From contig SIBZ01000002.1 in NCBI GenBank assembly GCA_009694955.1, positions 1,418 through 65,417 of the forward strand: a stretch of 64,000 bases of DNA, given 5' to 3'. This DNA comes from Candidatus Tayloriibacteriota bacterium. GTDB taxonomy: Bacteria; Patescibacteriota; Minisyncoccia; Phycocordibacterales; UBA10002. Position numbers and translations under genes: made by a program. The number at the start of each line of letters is the position of its first letter. The first letter of the stretch is position 1. Below the pieces are notes generated by a model. The model was not told the origin of the DNA. It saw only the letters and a list, made by a program, of their open reading frames with translations, and did no database searches. Positions 1 to 7,338 of the stretch are shown here, piece after piece.

Positions 1-153
1 GAACTTCACGGCGTCGCATCCCGCCTCTTTCGCCACATCGATAAGTTTCTTCGCCATCTCCACGCTCCCATTATGGTTGATGCCGATTTCGCCCACAATA
101 AAGCACGGGTTTCCGTGTCCTACTTTTTTCCCTCCGATTGATGCGCTTCCCAT
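1..153 (-). CDS. Nonulosonate (sialic-acid-type) synthase, NeuB family; N-terminal 51 codons only, gene runs off the left edge
   Basis: Reverse-strand ATG at 153. The hand translation is MGSASIGGKKVGHGNPCFIVGEIGINHNGSVEMAKKLIDVAKEAGCDAVKF. It aligns with the N-terminus of the complete NeuB paralog at 12804-13853 ([37 protein letters not shown]). Confidence 0.8.
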   Translation of the reverse strand, partial: MGSASIGGKKVGHGNPCFIVGEIGINHNGSVEMAKKLIDVAKEAGCDAVKF

Positions 154-196
154 AGTACTATGTTTATGAATAAGACTGTTATAGTATATATAATTA

Positions 197-381
197 AGAA
201 CTCATTTCAAAACCCTATCGCAATCCAAAGATTCGTGGTATTCGAGGAAAAAATGGTGCAGACGAGGGAGGTGTAGCGAGCTACTCCGACTGAGAATAAG
301 CAATTTTTTACCGAATACCGAGAATTGACGATGCGAAATGGCTTCGAAAAGCCTGCCATGGTAGGTTTTGAAATGAGTTCT
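197..381. repeat. Inverted-repeat-bounded element E1 (18-bp perfect arms, 149-nt interior) in the neuB'/gmhA divergent spacer
   Basis: AGAACTCATTTCAAAACC (197-214) is the exact reverse complement of GGTTTTGAAATGAGTTCT (364-381). The interior shares collinear blocks with E2 at 13858-14075. Confidence 0.65.
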
Positions 382-406
382 ATTATCGGACTACAAAGTA
401 ACACAT

Positions 407-982
407 ATGCACACGGCTGTCGAAACATATCTCACGAATGCCTCTCTTGCCCTGAAAGTAGCGAGTGAGGAAAAAGGGGTTATTACACGGACGGAGGAAG
501 CGATTACGCGTATTGCGCGCTGTTTTCAAGACGGCGGGACGCTCCTCATCGCGGGAAACGGCGGAAGCGCTGCGGACGCGGAGCATTTCGCCACCGAATT
601 TACCGGCCGGTTTATGAAGGAGCGCAAAGCGCGTCCCGCCATCTCACTCGCCTCGTCGACATCTATGCTTACGGCGTGGAGCAACGACCACAATTTCGAA
701 GATGTCTTCGCGAGGCAGATTGAGGCGTTCGGAAAAGCGGGAGACGTGTTTATCGGCATTTCCACCAGCGGAAACTCGAAGAATATCATCCGTGCCGTAT
801 CGAAGGCGAAGACCCTCGGGCTTACCAGCATTACCCTCCTCGGAAACTCCGGTGGAGAATTGCAAGGACTCGCGGACATCACGATTGCGGTACAGGACAC
901 GCGCACGTCCCATATCCAGGAGGTGCAAATTGCGCTGATTCATTGCATCTGCCAGGAAGTGGAGAAAACCTTTACGGAGTAA
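407..982 (+). CDS. gmhA: D-sedoheptulose-7-phosphate isomerase (SIS domain, GmhA type)
   Basis: ATG at 407, 191 aa. Carries the GmhA signature LLIAGNGGSAADAEHFATEF and the second SIS motif GISTSGNSKNI. Confidence 0.85.
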   Translation: MHTAVETYLTNASLALKVASEEKGVITRTEEAITRIARCFQDGGTLLIAGNGGSAADAEHFATEFTGRFMKERKARPAISLASSTSMLTAWSNDHNFEDVFARQIEAFGKAGDVFIGISTSGNSKNIIRAVSKAKTLGLTSITLLGNSGGELQGLADITIAVQDTRTSHIQEVQIALIHCICQEVEKTFTE

Positions 983-996
983 CTTAAGACTCATCT

Positions 997-1587
997 ATGA
1001 ACGAAACACCTGCACCGGAAATAGCCGCACTCGCGCGAACCATCAGCGCCGTTATTTTTGACGTGGACGGGGTTATGACGAACAACCAAGTCTGGCAAGG
1101 CTTCCCACATAAGGTAAAGGTGCGAAGCTACTACGACGGTCAGGGAATCTCGCTCCTGCGGGCAATCGGCGTCCGGGTTGCATTCGTTACCAACGAAAAA
1201 GACGACCACGCGGTCGCCATCACGGAAATTGTCGAGAAACTGAACAAACTCCCCTCTTCACAAAGCGAGTCGAACCCCAAGGGGTGGCCCCTCGTCCGAC
1301 TTTTTACCGGTATGGGCGGAGCGAAAAAAGTCGAGGCTGCCAAACTCTTCGCCGGCGAACTTGGTATCACCGCATCAGAGTGCGCGGCGATGGGCGACGA
1401 CCTTGTCGACATCCCGCTCCTTGACTTCGTCTCGCTCCGAGCTTCGCCAGCACAGGCCGAAGAGGTCGTAAAACGGCGTTGCCAGTTCGTCTCCCGCCGG
1501 GAAGGCGGGAATGGAGCCATCAGGGACTTCGCGAACTTCATCCTTGAAGCGCGCGGTATCGACCCTACGACACTTCCCTTTCAATAG
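997..1587 (+). CDS. HAD-superfamily phosphatase, KdsC / ulosonate-phosphate phosphatase family
   Basis: ATG at 997, 196 aa. Has the HAD motif I FDVDGVMT, then DGQGISLL...VAFVTNE and a C-terminal GDDLVDIPLL...GGNGAIRDF, as in KdsC/KDN-9-P phosphatases. Confidence 0.8.
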   Translation: MNETPAPEIAALARTISAVIFDVDGVMTNNQVWQGFPHKVKVRSYYDGQGISLLRAIGVRVAFVTNEKDDHAVAITEIVEKLNKLPSSQSESNPKGWPLVRLFTGMGGAKKVEAAKLFAGELGITASECAAMGDDLVDIPLLDFVSLRASPAQAEEVVKRRCQFVSRREGGNGAIRDFANFILEARGIDPTTLPFQ

Positions 1588-1640
1588 TAGCCACGTCTTT
1601 GCACGCAAGTGTCCCTACCCTTGGGGCGCCTGTCTTTTTG

Positions 1641-2399
1641 TTACCACGCGCTCTTACCGCCGTCCGCGGTAATGTTGGCTCCCGTGATGAACGAGGAAGC
1701 GTCGGAACAGAGAAACTGCATCACGCCGTTATATTCCTCCGGCTGTGCCATCCGTCCGAGCATGTTACTCTCGCCGAATCGTTTGACGAAATCTTCCGGC
1801 ATTTTCGGATTCAGGACACCTCCGGGAGAAAAGGCATTGACGCGGATGCCATGCATGCCAAGCTGGGCAGCCATAGAGCGGGTGAGCCCGAGTACGCCGG
1901 TCTTGGAAGTAATATAGGCGGGAGATTTATACTTCCCTTCTGTGTTGTACACACGATGGTCGTGCGCGATGTTCGACACTTCGGAAGCGACGTTCACGAT
2001 GGAACCCTTCTTTTGTCTTTTCATATACGGCACCACCGCTTTGATGCAGATAAACATACCGGTCAGGTTGGTATCGAGTTCTTGCCTCCACAGCTCGACA
2101 GGATAGTCTTCAACCGGTACGAATTGCTTTTTTGATGCTTCGCTCCCCACAGCCGGATTCATCGCGGCATTGTTGATGAGCGCGTCGATACGCCCGAACT
2201 TCTGGTGCGCTTCTCTTACCGCCTTTTGAACGGCTTCTTCGTCGCAAATATCAACCGCCGTTCCCGCTTTGCTGTTTTTGTCAAAGACGACAACCTCTGC
2301 GCCGGCCTCACTCAGGGCCTTTACGTACTCTGCGCCGAGAAAACCGTTTCCCCCGGTCAAGATAAGTACCTTTCCTTCGATATCAAATATATTTTTCAT
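1641..2399 (-). CDS. Short-chain dehydrogenase/reductase (SDR)
   Basis: ATG at 2399 (MKNIFDIEGKVLILTGGNGFLG), chosen over the track start at 2462. It makes an ATGA overlap with the stop of the upstream gene. Has the TGGxGxxG Rossmann motif, YxxxK (YITSK) and NNAA. Paralog of 14078-14908. Confidence 0.85.
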   Translation of the reverse strand: MKNIFDIEGKVLILTGGNGFLGAEYVKALSEAGAEVVVFDKNSKAGTAVDICDEEAVQKAVREAHQKFGRIDALINNAAMNPAVGSEASKKQFVPVEDYPVELWRQELDTNLTGMFICIKAVVPYMKRQKKGSIVNVASEVSNIAHDHRVYNTEGKYKSPAYITSKTGVLGLTRSMAAQLGMHGIRVNAFSPGGVLNPKMPEDFVKRFGESNMLGRMAQPEEYNGVMQFLCSDASSFITGANITADGGKSAW

Positions 2400-3205
2400 A
2401 TCAGTGCCGTTAAAAGCGAAAGTTGCTTTTTGGCGTCCGAGAGATACTCCTCGCCACGCCACGCTTGCATAATGATTGTACCACCAAAGTGAATCTCTTG
2501 AAGCGCGCGCAGTGTCTCTTTGTACGGCGCGTCTCCTGTACCGAGCAGTACCGACTGCGCGCTTCCCTTTTTCCGGTCCTTTGCGTGCACGCCAAAAATA
2601 CGTTTGCCGAAAAACCGAATATCGCCGGGAACATCGAACCCGTAGGAAGTCGCATTACCGATATCGTAGTAGACGCCGACGGCATCCGAAGAAAAACTGT
2701 CGAGAAAGGCCGAGAGCTCCGCCCTCGGCATCTCCGTTTCAAATCCGATACGGACATTTCGCGCCATAAGTGTGGGGAGTACGTTTCGTATATGCGAGAC
2801 AATCTCTTCTTTTTCCGCACCGCTCTTCGGCGCGTTCCCCTCAAGAAGCGGGATGAGAATAAGTTTCTCCGACGTGGTTTCAGCCGAATCGATAAGCATA
2901 CGGAGTATTTCGACTGAACGCTTCGCGTCAGCACCGGTAAACCGGTATTTCATATAGTAGTCGGCGCATATGGAGGAGACGGGTACTCCCGCCTTTTGCG
3001 CCACGATCCCTATCGCCTCCCTGCCGGAAACTGTAAACATCGCGTTTTCTGTAAAGCAAGTGAAGTCAAACAGCCATTCGAGGGAAGTAAATCCGAGTTC
3101 GCGGGCTATCATAAATTCCGCCTCCCACTCTCTGGGTGAAAACTGAAAACGGCCGTCCTCAGACGGCGAAAGACGGCCTTGCAGAATTCCGATAGGGAGT
3201 GTCAC
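2396..3205 (-). CDS. Sugar phosphate isomerase/epimerase, xylose-isomerase-like TIM barrel
   Basis: GTG start at 3205 (no upstream ATG). The N-terminus IGILQGRLSP is typical of this family. 269 aa. Confidence 0.7.
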   Translation of the reverse strand: MTLPIGILQGRLSPSEDGRFQFSPREWEAEFMIARELGFTSLEWLFDFTCFTENAMFTVSGREAIGIVAQKAGVPVSSICADYYMKYRFTGADAKRSVEILRMLIDSAETTSEKLILIPLLEGNAPKSGAEKEEIVSHIRNVLPTLMARNVRIGFETEMPRAELSAFLDSFSSDAVGVYYDIGNATSYGFDVPGDIRFFGKRIFGVHAKDRKKGSAQSVLLGTGDAPYKETLRALQEIHFGGTIIMQAWRGEEYLSDAKKQLSLLTALI

Positions 3206-3214
3206 AGCGTTATG

Positions 3215-4219
3215 CTACTTTGCTTTAAATTGATACGGCGTGGTTCCTGTTGCCTTGCTCCCCGCCTCACGACCCCACTTCTGTATCTGTTTCGCGATAT
3301 CCACACCGACATTCTTACTCCACGTGTTAAGGAGTCGCTCGGTAACCTCGCCCATCTTCCCCGCGCCAATCTGCTTCCCATTCAGGCGCGTCACGGGGAG
3401 CAGGCAGAACGGAGTGCCGGTCATAAACGCCTCGTCGGCATTGTAGACATCATACGGCTCGATATTTTTCTCGATAACCGACAACCGCAATTCCTTACCC
3501 AGTTCGAAGATATAGTCACGGCTTATCCCGCGCAGGATATTTCTTCCTTCAGGCGTAATCACGACGCCGTCTTTGACGATGAAGAAGTTGTCTCCGGTTC
3601 CCTCGGCGATAAACCCGTCCGGGTCAAGGAGAAGCGCCCAATTGTCCTTCCCTTCAAATTGGGAAGCTTCGATGTTCGCCATAAGGTAGTGAATCCTGCT
3701 CCGGTTCTTGACCTTCGGTTCAAGAAGCGAGGCGGGTATCGCCCGCTGGGAAGTGATAACCGCGTTAATACCCGTATCAAACAGATGCCCCATCGAAGCA
3801 ACGGTCCATCGGAGCGGAAAGTCCGCGATAATGACATTGGGACCCTTCGGGGTACCGACGGTATCCTGATAGATACCGAGCAATCCCCGTGTGACGTCAA
3901 TCATAATCCGGTGCTCGTCATCTTTTGCCATCGCGGGTTCGTTCGCCTCGATGGTTCTCATAACCTCCCGCTCCATTTCATCAATGGTCATCTCCAAAGG
4001 AATCCGAACATAGTTCAGAGAAGCATACAGACGCCGTAAGTGTTCACGGAGTTTAAACTGTTTCTTGTTGAATGAACGGGTCATCTCAAAGACCATATCC
4101 CCGAACATCAGCGCGGAATCGTAAATCGAAAGCTTCGCCTCCGACTCGGGAATCAGGACCTTGTTCCACGAAACGAGCCGTCCCGACACTTCTTGTTTTT
4201 TCTTGGTTTCTTTTGGCAT
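3215..4219 (-). CDS. Class IV (BCAT / D-amino-acid type) aminotransferase
   Basis: ATG at 4219, 334 aa. Family blocks EGTGDNFFIVKDGVVITP and EAFMTGT are present. Confidence 0.85.
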   Translation of the reverse strand: MPKETKKKQEVSGRLVSWNKVLIPESEAKLSIYDSALMFGDMVFEMTRSFNKKQFKLREHLRRLYASLNYVRIPLEMTIDEMEREVMRTIEANEPAMAKDDEHRIMIDVTRGLLGIYQDTVGTPKGPNVIIADFPLRWTVASMGHLFDTGINAVITSQRAIPASLLEPKVKNRSRIHYLMANIEASQFEGKDNWALLLDPDGFIAEGTGDNFFIVKDGVVITPEGRNILRGISRDYIFELGKELRLSVIEKNIEPYDVYNADEAFMTGTPFCLLPVTRLNGKQIGAGKMGEVTERLLNTWSKNVGVDIAKQIQKWGREAGSKATGTTPYQFKAK

Positions 4220-4229
4220 AGTGTCAGAG

Positions 4230-4928
4230 TTATTTCGTGGCTAATCCTTTTATTGTAAAGAGTGTCTTGCAAAACTCAAGACTCTCATCATCGTCCACCT
4301 CGGACGATTTCCAGAACTCCATCAAAGATATCGCGATGCGTCCGCCAAGGCGATTGTGGTATGTGGATAACACTTCCGGTTTAAAGACATAAATAGACCC
4401 GTTCTCAACAAACTGCTCTCCATACTCCTGTCGCCGTTTCCGGTCCGTAGAGTCGTAATTGACACTGCACAGTTTTCCGTCCCGCTTTGCCCAAATATAA
4501 AAATCTCCTATGTCGGCGCCGGAAAAGAGCGAATCGGCTTTTTCCTTTGTAATCGTCCGGATAGCGTTGTCGATATCAACCGATTCACGCAGGGGCGAGG
4601 TCGCCTGCAGGAAGACCACGTACTCGCAATCCGGAAGTCCCTTTTCTTTAAGATACGCGAGCGCGTGTACCAGCGCATCTTCGGAACTCGCCGTATCGCC
4701 GGAAATGGCGGGAGGACGCACAATCACTTCCGCACCATAGCTTTTTGCCACCGCTCCGATTTCCTCGCTGTCGGTGGAAACGTAGACCTCGTCAACAAGC
4801 GTCGCCTGTTTCGCCTGCTGGATGCTCCACGCGAGGAGCGGACGACCGCAAAAATCGACGATGTTTTTCTTCGGTATGCCTTTTGACCCGCCACGGGCGG
4901 GAATAATGGCGATTACTTTCTTCGGCAT
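4230..4928 (-). CDS. neuA: Acylneuraminate (nonulosonate) cytidylyltransferase, CMP-sugar synthetase
   Basis: ATG at 4928 (MPKKVIAIIPARGGSKGIPKKN), preferred over the track start at 4967. The LQATSPLR motif is present. Confidence 0.85.
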   Translation of the reverse strand: MPKKVIAIIPARGGSKGIPKKNIVDFCGRPLLAWSIQQAKQATLVDEVYVSTDSEEIGAVAKSYGAEVIVRPPAISGDTASSEDALVHALAYLKEKGLPDCEYVVFLQATSPLRESVDIDNAIRTITKEKADSLFSGADIGDFYIWAKRDGKLCSVNYDSTDRKRRQEYGEQFVENGSIYVFKPEVLSTYHNRLGGRIAISLMEFWKSSEVDDDESLEFCKTLFTIKGLATK

Positions 4929-5020
4929 ATATCTATAACGCATTTGGGTTAAAAAAGGTGATATCACACAGAAAGCGTGTCCTTATCTGCACTGTCCCCT
5001 GCTACCTGCGAGAAACGTAC

Positions 5021-6475
5021 CTACTGCGGCTGAGAAAGAGAACTCTTATGCAATTCTTTCGCAAGAGCCGAAACAATATGCTTCACGTTATCGTCCACGC
5101 TGAGCGCCGACCCCACCTTGCCATGAGGAGCGAAATACGCGTCGAAACCAACTCTATCGACACTGACCAGGAAATTAATGAGCTGTTGTTTGGAAAAAGA
5201 ACATCCATCCCGTATGCGTTTGAATGCTTCCCGCGCCGAAACAAAATCCCGCACACGGAATACTCCCGGGCAGTATTGGTACCAAGGATAGCCGAACACC
5301 AGAACGGGTTTCCCGCGAAGCACGCCTTCCCAGCCGGCGGTTCCGCTTCCGGTCGCTACCGCTTTCGCGTGCTTGATGAGCTCAAAGGAATTCGTGCCGA
5401 TGGGCACAACTCGTACATTACCGAGCGCGGCGATTTTCCGGTAATACCCGCGATAGCGGTACTCAAAGAACTTCGTACCGCGCCGACGCCAGAGGAGCGG
5501 GTGTTCTTTTACGTACAGGAACCACCCTTCCGGAAGCGCCGAGGAAAGCATCTCTATCATCAGCAGTTGGTCGACAAACACGCCGGCTTGCGGAGACGAC
5601 GTGCGTTCCGGCTGATAGTGCAGAGCGACGTACACATAGTTCTGCTTGAAATCGGGTGAAGATTCCACGCGCGCATATTCTTTTTTGAGATTGGAGCCGA
5701 GTCTTCTTGCAATGAACCCCGACAACCGTTTGAAGATACTTCCGTCGTAGAGACCGTCCGCGATGCTTCGAAGTTTAATGCGAACTTGTTTCATCCCTCC
5801 ATAGAGCGCGAGGTCGTGTTTGACGTACGGCGGCGTCGCGTCGCCTTTGTTTTCGGCGTGCCGGCTGTAGTAGTCGAGCGTATCTTTCCGCAGGTCGGCC
5901 GGCGAAAAATGCTCGGATTCATTCCGGCGCACCTCGGAAAGAAGCTCTTTCGACCCCTCCTTGTAGTCGTTCATAAGGACAGCACGGTCGGTGCCTTCAA
6001 GAATTGCCTCGAACATAATAGTGCGGATACCGAGCTTGCGGGCAAGCGCGTACAGCACATAATCATATACCGTATGAGGAATGTCCGAATACACGATTGC
6101 GTCCGGTTTGTAGGCGGAAAGCACACCATGCCAGTAGCGTAGAAACTCCGAAAAGAGATGCTTGCGCTCTTCAATGCACAGATGTTCATACTTCTTATGC
6201 ATCATTGTGAGCAGTGTTATTTCCGTTTCGGCAAATTCCGCGAGTAACTCCTCGCCGGGAGGCGGAAAGTTTGCAAAGGAAACTCCTTCTGCCGGTATGC
6301 CGGCGAGCGCATCGTCCACATCGTGACAAATCGTCCCGGGAAACAAGTGCCGGGAGGACTCAAACTCCTCGCGATATCCGGTCCAGTAGACGATATCGTG
6401 ATTCTTCTTGAGCTCCCGCATCACCTCGATAAGCCCGAGTTCTTTCCCCGACCAACTTATGAAAAAAAGACGCAT
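5021..6475 (-). CDS. Capsule_synth-like (KpsC/KpsS-type) putative CMP-ulosonate-dependent glycosyltransferase
   Basis: ATG at 6475, 484 aa. The C-terminal block YVKEHP...ATGSGTAGWEGVLRGKPVLVFG resembles the capsule polysaccharide biosynthesis (KpsS/KpsC) family. Paralog of 18654-20168. Confidence 0.55.
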   Translation of the reverse strand: MRLFFISWSGKELGLIEVMRELKKNHDIVYWTGYREEFESSRHLFPGTICHDVDDALAGIPAEGVSFANFPPPGEELLAEFAETEITLLTMMHKKYEHLCIEERKHLFSEFLRYWHGVLSAYKPDAIVYSDIPHTVYDYVLYALARKLGIRTIMFEAILEGTDRAVLMNDYKEGSKELLSEVRRNESEHFSPADLRKDTLDYYSRHAENKGDATPPYVKHDLALYGGMKQVRIKLRSIADGLYDGSIFKRLSGFIARRLGSNLKKEYARVESSPDFKQNYVYVALHYQPERTSSPQAGVFVDQLLMIEMLSSALPEGWFLYVKEHPLLWRRRGTKFFEYRYRGYYRKIAALGNVRVVPIGTNSFELIKHAKAVATGSGTAGWEGVLRGKPVLVFGYPWYQYCPGVFRVRDFVSAREAFKRIRDGCSFSKQQLINFLVSVDRVGFDAYFAPHGKVGSALSVDDNVKHIVSALAKELHKSSLSQPQ

Positions 6476-6540
6476 AATGTTTGCAGAGTATGTAAAAAAT
6501 AAGTAATGGAAATGAGGTTTTTCGTCCCTTTCCTCTCAGT

Positions 6541-7326
6541 CTATTTCGACGCGGTCCTTGCCAGTATGAATATCATTTCGCGCGTCGAAGGAAACGGAAA
6601 CGAGAGGAACACGAACCATTGCGCTATCCATTTGCGAGGATGGAACATCCGGTGCCACTGAAAGAGAGAATTCCGCGTGTACCGTGCACACACGTCGAAT
6701 CCGGACCAGGAAAGTTGGGAAGAGAGTTCTTGCACGGTGAACTCACGCCGGTGTCCGGTAAAATCCTTTCCGCTGTCGAAGTACTCCTTGATATCCCACT
6801 GCGGGCTTCTCCCGAACAAAAACCGGACGCGGCGCAAGAGATTCGCAAAATTCGGCGTCGTAACGAGAAAAATACCCCCAGGCCGGAGCACGCGTTTCAC
6901 TTCACCAAACAGGCTCTTCGGTGAATATGGCAAATGTTCGATGGTTGCGTCACAGTTTATGAGGTCAAACTCGCCGTCACGGAAAGGGAGAGGCGCAAGC
7001 ACGTCTCCTTCGATAATCCGCAAGCCGTTTTTTTCCCATATCCGCTTCAACGCTTCGAACTCCTTGATTTTGTACGGATTTTCAACTGCGTGTGGGAAAA
7101 TAAATTTATCCACGCCTGTTACCTCTGCTCCTAATTTCGAGAGAGCGAGCGCGAAAATGCCGATTCCGCATCCTACATCCAAAACGCGCATACCACGGAT
7201 GACATGTTGCTCGTCCAAGAGTTTGAGCGAGAAAGCAAAACGTTTCCGGTCAACCTCATAGGCGTCCGCAAACTTCCCGAACGTACGGTACACCTCATCG
7301 ATTATGTTTGTATAGCGCGACTGCAT
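6541..7326 (-). CDS. Class I SAM-dependent methyltransferase
   Basis: ATG at 7326, 261 aa. Motif I VLDVGCGIGIFAL; motif post-II LRPGGIFLV. Confidence 0.8.
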   Translation of the reverse strand: MQSRYTNIIDEVYRTFGKFADAYEVDRKRFAFSLKLLDEQHVIRGMRVLDVGCGIGIFALALSKLGAEVTGVDKFIFPHAVENPYKIKEFEALKRIWEKNGLRIIEGDVLAPLPFRDGEFDLINCDATIEHLPYSPKSLFGEVKRVLRPGGIFLVTTPNFANLLRRVRFLFGRSPQWDIKEYFDSGKDFTGHRREFTVQELSSQLSWSGFDVCARYTRNSLFQWHRMFHPRKWIAQWFVFLSFPFPSTREMIFILARTASK

Positions 7327-7338
7327 ATGCGTACAGTA

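Noticed and set aside
197-381. Interpretation of E1/E2 as MITEs (terminal inverted repeats plus ATTA flanks on E1)
   Set aside because: This is not rejected outright, but it is not adopted as the primary call. E2 has no flanking direct repeat. Only two copies are visible. Both are in the same orientation and position relative to NeuB paralogs, and their interiors are diverged as expected for an old duplication of gene plus leader. A genome-wide copy count is needed.
207-586. Two minus-strand ORFs (207-428 at 73 aa, 383-586 at 67 aa) in and next to element E1
   Set aside because: One runs through the inverted-repeat element and the other is antisense to gmhA. They have no motifs and are short. 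The region is better explained as non-coding structured sequence plus promoters.
1588-1640. Possible bidirectional terminator between the convergent KdsC-type and SDR genes
   Set aside because: Only very short or imperfect stems are present (CCC-TT-GGG, the GGCGCC palindrome), with a weak TCTTTTT run. This is too weak to annotate.
3179-4039. 286-aa plus-strand ORF
   Set aside because: It is antisense to the class IV aminotransferase (motifs EGTGDNFF and EAFMTGT on the minus strand). It has no recognisable domain. Shadow ORF.
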